A stretch of DNA of 64,000 nucleotides from Desulfurellaceae bacterium (GTDB lineage: Bacteria; Desulfobacterota; Binatia; Bin18). The stretch is taken from positions 605-64,604 of the forward strand of contig JAGWBB010000020.1 of the NCBI GenBank assembly GCA_021296095.1. Direction: 5' to 3'. Positions 56,986 through 64,000 of this stretch are shown here, piece by piece. Within the stretch, counting starts at the first letter, position 1. Every line of letters begins with the position of its first letter. The position numbers and the translations under genes are program-made. The notes below the pieces were generated by a model that saw only the letters and a list, made by a program, of their open reading frames with translations, had not been told where the DNA came from and searched no databases.

Positions 56986-57077
56986 AGACACCTCCTTCTG
57001 CGAGCGAACATTAGGAAAGCGGGCAGCCAGAGTCAAGCCGTGGAGCGGCTCGGTCCGGCGTGACTGCCCGGAGCGGC

Positions 57078-57542
57078 TCAAATCTCATACATCAGGGCCT
57101 GGCCCGCGCGTCGTCGGCCATCTTCCGCCCGCCGACACAGATCGGCCAGCGTGAACTGCTCACAGCCCGCCACAACCGCCCGCCGGACCTCGGTCATCAC
57201 CCCGCGCAGCCAGCAGTGCTCCAGACCGACGCAGTCCGGACAGGCGACCGGCGCCGTCGCATCCGCGCACGGCAGCGGCGCAAACGGCCCGTCAACCGCC
57301 TGAATGATGTCGCCCAGCGTCACCCGGGCCGGTGCGGCGTGCAGCGAATAGCCCCCCGCCTTGCCCCGGCTGCTGTGGACAAGGCCGGCTTTTTTCAGGG
57401 CCAGCAGGACTTGTTCGAGGAATTTTTTGGGGATGTTTGCCTGGTCGGCAATCTCCTGAATGGACACCACCGGCGGCGCCCCGGGCGCGCCCAGACAGGT
57501 CAGGGCGCGGAGCGCGTACTCGGCTTTTTTTGACAGCTTCAC
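57078..57542 (-). CDS. Rrf2 family transcriptional regulator (Fe-S-type, three clustered Cys)
   Basis: MKLSKKAEYALRALTCLG... is the Rrf2 HTH. The ...PLPCADATAPVACPDCVGLEHC... segment is the cluster-ligand region found in IscR/NsrR-type members. GTG start at 57542. Confidence 0.85.
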   Translation of the reverse strand: MKLSKKAEYALRALTCLGAPGAPPVVSIQEIADQANIPKKFLEQVLLALKKAGLVHSSRGKAGGYSLHAAPARVTLGDIIQAVDGPFAPLPCADATAPVACPDCVGLEHCWLRGVMTEVRRAVVAGCEQFTLADLCRRAEDGRRRAGQALMYEI

Positions 57543-57544
57543 AA

Positions 57545-57565
57545 TGTCTATCTAAATCATAGACA
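57545..57565. promoter_or_regulatory. Inverted repeat TGTCTAT-N7-ATAGACA abutting the Rrf2 start codon (candidate operator)
   Basis: A perfect 7 bp inverted repeat 3 nt upstream of the Rrf2 GTG, in an AT-rich intergenic region that also contains AATAG-N11-CTATT. Confidence 0.4.
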
Positions 57566-57621
57566 ATAGGATGTCAAAGTCTATTATTTGAATACTATTC
57601 GCAGGCCGGTATGATGGCGCC

Positions 57622-57861
57622 ATGATGGTCCGTACTCAGATTTCCTTAATTCGTGCGCGTGCGGCCACTCTGAACATTTCTCTTGCCGAGTACATACGCC
57701 GACTCGTGAATCGGGACTTGGCCGAATCCCCACGAACCGTTGACCGGTCCATCATCTTCGATCTCGGCAGCTCGGAAGGGACGGATATCGCATCGGAGAA
57801 AGCTCGCATGATCGGAGAGGCGGTTGGCGCCGGGAAGCATCGCCGTTCCGATGCGCCATGA
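57622..57861 (+). CDS. Ribbon-helix-helix (CopG/ParD-like) antitoxin-type protein, orphan
   Basis: 79 aa, MMVRTQISLIRARAATLNISLAEYIRRLVNRDL. Its stop overlaps (ATGA) an ATG that opens only a 6-codon frame (MSIFSR*), apparently the stub of a lost toxin gene. AT-rich context. Confidence 0.5.
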   Translation: MMVRTQISLIRARAATLNISLAEYIRRLVNRDLAESPRTVDRSIIFDLGSSEGTDIASEKARMIGEAVGAGKHRRSDAP

Positions 57862-58009
57862 GTATCTTTAGTAGGTAGCTTTTCCGTCTTCCGATATGGA
57901 CGCGGCCGCAGGCTCGCATTCGAAGTGCTGCGCTGAGCGGCGGATCTCCACACATTGACCGCGTGTCTGCTTGTCTCAATCTGGCCTCGCCAGAAACACG
58001 CAAAGCGGC

Positions 58010-58037
58010 TTGACACACGGGCCACAAGCGTCATAAT
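58010..58037 (+). promoter_or_regulatory. Putative sigma70 promoter of the sulfite reductase-cysH operon
   Basis: TTGACA (58010-58015), a 16 nt spacer, then CATAAT (58032-58037). About 55 nt upstream of the ATG at 58091. Confidence 0.45.
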
Positions 58038-58052
58038 CGCCATATCCCCTCA

Positions 58053-58075
58053 ATATCTATAGAATTAGTAGATAT
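58053..58075. promoter_or_regulatory. Inverted repeat ATATCTA-N9-TAGATAT between the -10 element and the SD of the sulfite reductase gene (candidate repressor operator)
   Basis: 7 bp perfect arms. It contains the CTATAG/TAGA elements also present in the palindrome next to the divergent Rrf2 gene. It sits between the -10 element and the RBS, a classic repressor position. Confidence 0.4.
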
Positions 58076-58090
58076 TCACGGAGGTCACAT

Positions 58091-59914
58091 ATGGCAAACG
58101 GCACCCAGGCAAGCCCGGCAGCTCACGAGGTGAAAGTCGGCGGGCTCGACAACCCCGAAGTCTACCGAAACGTTCCCGGCCACGTCATTCCCATCCTTGA
58201 ACGAGAGTTCGACGATTTTGACACCGAGGCCGACAAGTTTCTGAGGGCTGAGACAGAGGCACCGGTGTTCATGGGCTTTCGTCTGCGCCAAGGCGTGTAT
58301 GGCCAGCGTCAGCCGGACGCCCAGATGATTCGGGTCAAGCTGCCCTTTGGCGGGGTGAGCCCCGACCAGCTCGAGGTCTTGGCCGATGTGGCCGAGCAGT
58401 ACGCCCCGCTGAAAAAAGGCCATATCACCACCCGTCAGAATGTGCAGTTGCACCACATTCCGCTGCTTGAGGCGGCCAAGCTCATTCGCCTGCTGGGCAA
58501 CCACGACCTGTCCACCCGCGAAGCCTGCGGCAACACCGTCCGCAATGTCGTGTGCGACCCGTTTGCCGGCGTGGCGCCGGGAGAGTTGTTCGACCCCACC
58601 CCGTACGCCGGGGCGCTGGTGCGCTACTTTATCCGCAGCCCGCTGACCCAAAACCTGCCCCGAAAATTCAAGGTCTCATTTTCCAGCACCGACCAGGACC
58701 TCGGGATTTCAGGCATCCATGACCTGGGCCTCATCCCCCGGATCAAAGACGGCCAGAGAGGCTTTGAGATCCGCACCGGGGGCGGCACCTCGATTCTGCC
58801 CCGGATCGGCTACTGCCTGTACCCCTTCGTGTCGGTCAATGCCTACCTCAAGGTGGCCGAGGCCATGCTGCGGATCTTCAACCGCAGCGATGAGCTGCGC
58901 GTCAACCGGGCTCGGGCCCGCATCAAGTTCCTGATTGACCGCATCGGGATTGATGCCTTCCGCGAGCTGGTTGACGAAGAAATGCGGGGCGAGTGGGTCG
59001 CCGAGCGCAACTTTGACCCCACCCCGCTCCAGTTTGTGGACGAGGAAGAGGCGCGGGCACCCACGAAACCGGCCAATCCCGGCAGTCCCAACGGCGACCA
59101 GCGGGCCTTCACCACGTGGCTGGCCTCGAATGTCCGGCCCCAGCGCCAGGACGGATTTTCCACCGCCGAGGTCAAGGTGTCGCGCGGCGACCTGAATCCA
59201 ACACAGTTCCGGGGCGTGGCCCAGATCATGCGCGACTTCAGCGGCGGCAACGCCCGGACCACCGATGAGCAAAACATCGTCCTGCGCTGGGTTCGCAACG
59301 AGAGTCTGTACGATGTCTGGACCCGGCTTTCGGCCCTCGGCTTAGGCCAGGCCGGAGCGCGACAGATCACCGACGTGGTCAGCTGTCCGGGCACCGAGAG
59401 CTGCAAGCTGGGTATCACCAACTCCATGGGTTTGGCGACCGCAGTCCAGGAACGCCTGGAACAGCTCCAGATCGCCGATCCCCTGACCCGCCAGATTCAT
59501 ATCAAAATGAGCGGCTGTCCCAACGGCTGCGGCCGGCACCACATCGCCAACATCGGCTTTTACGGCGCGGCCATGAAGTTCGACGGCCGCCAGGTGCCGG
59601 GCTATATCATCATGCTCGGCGGCCAGTACGACGACGGCCGGCCGCGTATTGCCCAGCGTCTGCGGGTGCGCGTGCCCTCGAAACGCGCACCCGAGGCAAC
59701 CGAGCGCTTTATTCGCTACTACCAGGACAAGCGCCAGGACGGCGAATCCTTTAACGCCTTTCTGGACCGCACCGGGGTGGAGGCGTTTGAGGACCTGATC
59801 AGAGATCTATCCCTACCGGTGAAATTTGACGAACAACACCAGAGCGAGTTCATCGACTGGAACCGCTCGACGCTCTACAAACTGGAACGCGGGGAAGGCG
59901 AATGTTCAGTCTAA
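58091..59914 (+). CDS. Assimilatory sulfite reductase, ferredoxin-dependent nitrite/sulfite reductase family (siroheme/4Fe-4S)
   Basis: 607 aa. A GGAGG SD precedes the ATG. Cluster/siroheme-binding Cys motifs are ...TREACGNTVRNVVCDP... and ...CPGTESCKLG...CPNGCGRHH.... Two NiR/SiR repeats. Confidence 0.9.
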   Translation: MANGTQASPAAHEVKVGGLDNPEVYRNVPGHVIPILEREFDDFDTEADKFLRAETEAPVFMGFRLRQGVYGQRQPDAQMIRVKLPFGGVSPDQLEVLADVAEQYAPLKKGHITTRQNVQLHHIPLLEAAKLIRLLGNHDLSTREACGNTVRNVVCDPFAGVAPGELFDPTPYAGALVRYFIRSPLTQNLPRKFKVSFSSTDQDLGISGIHDLGLIPRIKDGQRGFEIRTGGGTSILPRIGYCLYPFVSVNAYLKVAEAMLRIFNRSDELRVNRARARIKFLIDRIGIDAFRELVDEEMRGEWVAERNFDPTPLQFVDEEEARAPTKPANPGSPNGDQRAFTTWLASNVRPQRQDGFSTAEVKVSRGDLNPTQFRGVAQIMRDFSGGNARTTDEQNIVLRWVRNESLYDVWTRLSALGLGQAGARQITDVVSCPGTESCKLGITNSMGLATAVQERLEQLQIADPLTRQIHIKMSGCPNGCGRHHIANIGFYGAAMKFDGRQVPGYIIMLGGQYDDGRPRIAQRLRVRVPSKRAPEATERFIRYYQDKRQDGESFNAFLDRTGVEAFEDLIRDLSLPVKFDEQHQSEFIDWNRSTLYKLERGEGECSV

Positions 59915-59945
59915 GTTCCCGCCACCAGCCGAGCGGACGGAGTAC

Positions 59946-60740
59946 ATGCGTATGATGGAGCACATCGGCCTGGATGAACAGGCCATTCACAGCCTGGCCG
60001 ACAGCTATGAAGACCGCTCGCCCCAGGACGTGCTGGGCTGGGCCTTGGCGCGCTTTGGCTCGCGGATGGCGATTTGTACCAGCTTTCAGATCGACGGCAT
60101 GGCGATTCTCGACATGGCCTGGCGGATCGATCCCACGGTCCGGGTGTTCACTATCGACACCGGGCGGCTGCCGCAGGACACCTACGACTTGATCGACTCC
60201 GTGCGGCAGCACTACCAGATTGAGATTGAGGTGTATTACCCGGACGCCACCCAGGTCGAGAGCGTGGCCCGACGCCACGGCATGAACCTGTTCTACCAGG
60301 ATGTGAACCTGCGCCTGCTGTGTTGCCAGACGCGCAAAGTCCTGCCGCTGCAACGCGTCCTGTCCTCGCTCGACGCCTGGGTCACCGGTCTGCGTCGCGA
60401 CCAGCTCAGCAGCCGGGCCAACACCCGGAAAATCGAAGCCGACAATGACCACGGCGGACTGGTCAAGATCAACCCCCTGGCCGACTGGACCGAAGAGCAG
60501 GTCTGGGACTACGTGCGGACTCACCGCGTTCCGACCCATCCGTTTTACGATCAGGGCTATACCAGCATTGGCTGCGAACCGTGTACCCGACCCATCTCGG
60601 CCGGTGAAGATCATCGGGCCGGACGCTGGTGGTGGGAAAACGGCGCGCTCAAAGAGTGCGGCATGCACTGTTCGATCGAGAGCGGTCGCTTCGAGCGCGA
60701 CTACGACGCCATTCAGAATCGGGACGGGGAAGGGATTTAA
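59946..60740 (+). CDS. cysH: Adenylylsulfate/phosphoadenylylsulfate reductase, Fe-S-containing APS-reductase type
   Basis: Start at the ATG at 59946 (MRMMEHIGLDEQ...). PAPS-reductase fold. The CC...CxxC set (LLCCQTRKV, IGCEPCTRP) is typical of APS-reductase-type CysH. C-terminal ECGMH motif. Confidence 0.85.
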   Translation: MRMMEHIGLDEQAIHSLADSYEDRSPQDVLGWALARFGSRMAICTSFQIDGMAILDMAWRIDPTVRVFTIDTGRLPQDTYDLIDSVRQHYQIEIEVYYPDATQVESVARRHGMNLFYQDVNLRLLCCQTRKVLPLQRVLSSLDAWVTGLRRDQLSSRANTRKIEADNDHGGLVKINPLADWTEEQVWDYVRTHRVPTHPFYDQGYTSIGCEPCTRPISAGEDHRAGRWWWENGALKECGMHCSIESGRFERDYDAIQNRDGEGI

Positions 60741-61028
60741 GCACCGCAGCCTTCAATCAGGCGCATCGGAGAAGGCGTCATCCAGATTCCCATTTGACGG
60801 ATTTTCCCTTGCATCGCTCTTTTAAGCGCCGAAGGGATTCTTCTGTTGGCAGAGTTGATTCGGTATCACCGACACAACGAATCGGCTCAGCCAGATATTC
60901 CGGCTCGCCAGAATCCACAGCCCTGAAACGGGCGGCGTGTTCATGTCCGTCCCAACCTCGCGGCCAGCGCTATACTTCAGGGACAGTATGATATACTGGT
61001 GCGCCAATGCTTGTAGACGAGGAATCGC

Positions 61029-61961
61029 ATGGCACGCCTGTTCAAAGACATCACCGAGACGATTGGCCACACCCCGCTGGTCCGTCTCAACCGGGTGACC
61101 CACGGCCTGCGCGCCGAGGTGTACGCCAAGCTGGAGTTTTTTAATCCGCTCGGCAGCGTCAAGGACCGCATCGGCTATAACATGATCGCGGCGGCCGAGC
61201 GGGACGGCACGCTTACCCCGGATACGGTGATCGTTGAGCCGACGAGCGGCAACACGGGGATCGCCCTGGCCTTTGTGTGCGCCGCGCGCGGCTATCGCCT
61301 GATCCTGACCATGCCGGACTCGATGAGCGTGGAACGCCGCAGCCTGCTGCGGCTGCTGGGCGCAGAACTGGTCCTGACCCCGGCCCAACAGGGCATGCCG
61401 GGCGCCATCAGCCAGGCCGAAGACATCGCCGCCAGCCTGCCCAACACCTTTATTCCCCAGCAGTTTGAGAACCCGAACAATCCGGACATCCACCGGCGCA
61501 CGACCGCCCTGGAAATCTGGGACGATACGGACGGCCGGGTCGATATGCTGGTCAGCGGCGTGGGCACCGGCGGGACGATTACGGGTGTGGCCGAGGTGCT
61601 CAAGGACAGGAAGCCGAGCTTTCGAGCCGTGGCGGTCGAACCCGACCGTTCAGCCGTGCTGTCCGGCGGACCGCCCGCCGCCCATCAAATCCAGGGCATT
61701 GGCGCGGGCTTTATCCCGGCCATTCTCAACACCGACCTGATTGACGAAATCATTCGGGTCAAGGACGAAGACGCGCTGGCGACCGCGCGGCGGGTGATCA
61801 AGCAAGAGGGCATTCCGGCCGGCATCAGTAGCGGGGCGGCGGTCTGGGCCGCTCTCCAGCTTGCGGCCCGCCCGGAAAACGCCGGCCAGCTGATTGTGAC
61901 CATCCTGGCCAGTTCGTCGGAACGCTATCTCAGCACCGCGCTGGCAGAAGAGGACGCCTAA
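61029..61961 (+). CDS. cysK: Cysteine synthase A (O-acetylserine sulfhydrylase)
   Basis: [23 protein letters not shown]...[15 protein letters not shown] (the PLP-Lys)...[14 protein letters not shown]...[10 protein letters not shown]. 310 aa. Confidence 0.9.
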   Translation: MARLFKDITETIGHTPLVRLNRVTHGLRAEVYAKLEFFNPLGSVKDRIGYNMIAAAERDGTLTPDTVIVEPTSGNTGIALAFVCAARGYRLILTMPDSMSVERRSLLRLLGAELVLTPAQQGMPGAISQAEDIAASLPNTFIPQQFENPNNPDIHRRTTALEIWDDTDGRVDMLVSGVGTGGTITGVAEVLKDRKPSFRAVAVEPDRSAVLSGGPPAAHQIQGIGAGFIPAILNTDLIDEIIRVKDEDALATARRVIKQEGIPAGISSGAAVWAALQLAARPENAGQLIVTILASSSERYLSTALAEEDA

Positions 61962-61980
61962 GCTCGTCCCGAGCAGCGGC

Positions 61981-62895
61981 TTATTTCTTGGCCACCACCA
62001 GCCGGTAGACCTTACGCGCTATCTCGGTCGCATTCTCAAAGGCGCCGGCCTGACTCATGTCCGTGATCTCGGCATAGCGATCCCGAATCTGCTCCGGACT
62101 CGGCACCCGGTCGGTGCCGAACACCACCCCCGCCGCCTCGCGGACCTCGATCTTGGCGTAATAGCCCGCCCCACCCTGGATGATATGTCCCGAGGCGTCG
62201 TTCTCCGGGGCGCACAGCCAGGCGACTGCGGCGGTCACAAACTCGGGTTGGCTGACCTTGGCAAACTCGTCGGTCATCGCCACCCGTGACATGCGGGTGA
62301 CCGCCATCGGGGCAATGGCGTTGACTGTGATATTGTAGCGCTGGCCTTCTTCTTTGAGCGCGTGCATGAAGCCGACCAGCGCCATCTTGGCCGTCCCATA
62401 GTTGGTATGGCCGTGGTTGCCGTACAGACCGGCTGAGGACGAGGTCATCACAATCCGCCCGAAGCGCTGCTCGCGCATGATCGGCCAGGCCGCGTGCGAG
62501 CAGTACACCGCGCCCATCAGATGCACGTCGATCAAGGACCGAAAATCGTCGAGATCCATCTTGGCAAAGCTCTTGTCGCGCACGTTGCCGGCATTGTTAA
62601 TCAGCACATCAACCGTGCCAAAGGCGTCGAGCGCGGTCTGAATAATCCGCCGCCCGCCTTCTTGGCTGGCCACCGAATCATAGTTGGCCACGGCCTCGCC
62701 GCCGGCCGCCCGGATCTCCTCAACCACGCCATCGGCCGCAGCGGGTGAGCCGCCGGTGCCGGCAACGCTGCCGCCCAGGTCGTTGACCACCACTTTCGCC
62801 CCCCGCGCGGCCAGAAACCGGGCGTGGCTGCGACCCAGCCCGTTGCCCGCCCCGGTCACCACCGCCACCCGTCCGTCAAAACGAATATCGCTCAT
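61981..62895 (-). CDS. SDR family oxidoreductase (MFE-2 / 3-hydroxyacyl-CoA dehydrogenase-like)
   Basis: The Rossmann motif TGAGNGLGRS is followed by a catalytic Ser-Tyr-Lys set, ...SSSAGLYGNHGHTNYGTAKMA. Confidence 0.85.
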   Translation of the reverse strand: MSDIRFDGRVAVVTGAGNGLGRSHARFLAARGAKVVVNDLGGSVAGTGGSPAAADGVVEEIRAAGGEAVANYDSVASQEGGRRIIQTALDAFGTVDVLINNAGNVRDKSFAKMDLDDFRSLIDVHLMGAVYCSHAAWPIMREQRFGRIVMTSSSAGLYGNHGHTNYGTAKMALVGFMHALKEEGQRYNITVNAIAPMAVTRMSRVAMTDEFAKVSQPEFVTAAVAWLCAPENDASGHIIQGGAGYYAKIEVREAAGVVFGTDRVPSPEQIRDRYAEITDMSQAGAFENATEIARKVYRLVVAKK

Positions 62896-63037
62896 CAGCC
62901 TTCTCCTTTGTCCCGTGTCTGCCCCTGCTATAGCAGACCCCGGATGGGCATTGCACGCCCGCGCTCCACATTCTAATAAGGACAGGCATGTCAGCCTTAT
63001 CTCGCCCGTCCTCCGGGGCAGTCGTCCAGGACTCCGT

Positions 63038-64000
63038 ATGAAAACGCTCGGCCCGCAGCTGGCCTACTTCCTGACCGACAGGGAAACGCGCCGCAATATC
63101 GGGGCGCTGCTCAAATTGCTGGCCTTTTTGTTCGGCACGATTGCGGTCTTCTCGGTGCTCTTTCACCTGATCATGGTCTACCACGAGGGCCAGGATCACT
63201 CGTGGCTGACCGGGTTCTACTGGACGCTGACCGTGATGAGCACGCTCGGCTTTGGCGACATTACCTTTCATACCGATCTCGGACGCCTGTTCAGCATTGT
63301 GGTCCTGCTGTCGGGCATTGTCCTGCTGCTCATTGTCCTGCCGTTTACCTTTATCCGTTTCTTCTACGCCCCGTGGCTCGAAGCCCAGGTGCGGCTGCAA
63401 GCGCCGCGCGAAGCGCCGCCGCAGGCGCATGGGCACGTGGTGATCTGTTCGTATAACACCATTGCGCCCGGACTGATTGAGCGCCTGCGCCTGCACGACA
63501 TCCCCTACTACGTCATCGAGCCCGACCCGGCCCGGGCCGCCCGGCTGCATGAAGACGGCGTGTCGGTCATCAGCGGTGAACTCGACAGCCGCGAGACCTA
63601 CGAGAAAGTCCGCGCCGCCCAGGCCCGCCTGATCCTGGCCGACAGTGCCGACACGCTCAACACCAATATCACCCTGACCGTCCGAGAGGTCGCCGCCGAG
63701 GTGCCGATCATGGCCACCGTCGAGAACGAGGATTCCATCGACATTCTCGAACTCAGCGGCTGTAACCACGTGCTGCCCCTCAAACAGCGCCTGGGCGAGC
63801 GGCTGGCCAACCGGCTCCACACCGGCCACGCCGAGGCTCACGAGATCGGCCGCTTCCGTGGGCTGCACGTCGCCGAGTTCCCGGTTCACAATACGCCCCT
63901 GGCCGGTCGCACGATCCGTGACACCGGGCTGCGGGATGCGTTGGGGATCACTATCGTCGGCATGTGGGAACGTGGACGCCTGGTGCCGGTCTCGCCAGAC
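63038..64000 (+). CDS. Potassium channel protein (2TM pore with TLGFGD filter + RCK/TrkA-N domain), 3' partial
   Basis: Hand-translated from the ATG at 63038: MKTLGPQLAYFLTD...WTLTVMSTLGFGDITFHTDLG (the selectivity filter)...HVVICSYNTIAPGLIERL... (RCK Rossmann). It continues beyond the window end. It is absent from the track because there is no in-window stop. Confidence 0.8.
   Translation, partial: MKTLGPQLAYFLTDRETRRNIGALLKLLAFLFGTIAVFSVLFHLIMVYHEGQDHSWLTGFYWTLTVMSTLGFGDITFHTDLGRLFSIVVLLSGIVLLLIVLPFTFIRFFYAPWLEAQVRLQAPREAPPQAHGHVVICSYNTIAPGLIERLRLHDIPYYVIEPDPARAARLHEDGVSVISGELDSRETYEKVRAAQARLILADSADTLNTNITLTVREVAAEVPIMATVENEDSIDILELSGCNHVLPLKQRLGERLANRLHTGHAEAHEIGRFRGLHVAEFPVHNTPLAGRTIRDTGLRDALGITIVGMWERGRLVPVSPD

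Noticed and set aside
60822-61493. 223 aa minus-strand ORF spanning the cysH-cysK spacer and the cysK 5' end
   Set aside because: Antisense to cysK for most of its length, with Gly/Arg/Ala-rich composition.
61962-61980. GCTCG-TCC-CGAGC hairpin between convergent cysK and SDR genes as a bidirectional terminator
   Set aside because: A 5 bp stem is too weak to call. Only 19 nt are available between the two stop codons.
1-64000. CRISPR arrays, rRNA genes, IS elements
   Set aside because: No regularly spaced short direct repeats, no rRNA-like conserved stretches, and no transposase-like ORFs were seen. The only repeat cluster (46282-46455) is irregular and too short.

Overview
This is a 64 kb, gene-dense, high-GC (roughly 65-68% by eye) bacterial chromosomal segment, mostly core metabolism. 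Two tRNAs are present; there is no rRNA, CRISPR array, transposase or integrase.

Main gene blocks (most on the minus strand):
- A peptide/nickel-type ABC importer: substrate-binding protein plus two permeases.
- A cimA-lysC-tsaE-nnr-glmM-cdaR-cdaA-ftsH-tilS block, the c-di-AMP operon arrangement.
- A split-subunit F420 biosynthesis cluster, cofG-cofH-cofD-cofE.
- A ferredoxin-type sulfite reductase, an APS-reductase-type cysH and cysK, with an Rrf2 regulator gene upstream of them on the opposite strand.
- A short-type PHA synthase with a small PhaE/PhaR-family partner.
- Crotonases, an acyl-CoA carboxyltransferase, OsmC, a CcdA-thioredoxin fusion, tadA beside tRNA-Ser(CGA), and tRNA-Met(CAT).

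Unusual content:
1. A convergent pair of circularly-permuted ATP-grasp / alpha-E / transglutaminase modules, one with the ATP-grasp and alpha-E proteins fused.
2. A tightly coupled operon of a periplasmic binding protein, a Cache-HAMP membrane protein with no output domain, and an oxalate/formate-family MFS transporter. It is preceded by a 33-codon hydrophobic peptide ORF with a perfect Shine-Dalgarno (SD) sequence.
3. An omega-class GST homologue with an in-frame TGA exactly at the catalytic Cys codon. A strong SD sits before the upstream ATG and a stem-loop lies 11 nt downstream, so it is a selenoprotein candidate.
4. A roughly 2 kb low-GC islet plus flanks carrying three antitoxin genes whose toxin partners are decayed: an amber codon in vapC, a 45-codon vapC stub, and a 6-codon stub.
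5. A probable -1 frameshift truncating cofE.
6. A tandem duplicated phosphotransferase gene pair next to a histidine phosphatase.
7. Back-to-back intrinsic terminators between phaC and the ATP-grasp operon, one with no annotated gene to terminate.
8. A repeat-rich, structured intergenic element downstream of osmC.

Many long opposite-strand ORFs in the track are composition artefacts of the high GC content. The track treats GTG and TTG as start codons (shown as M), and several true starts were re-derived by checking for an ATG and SD in the sequence.
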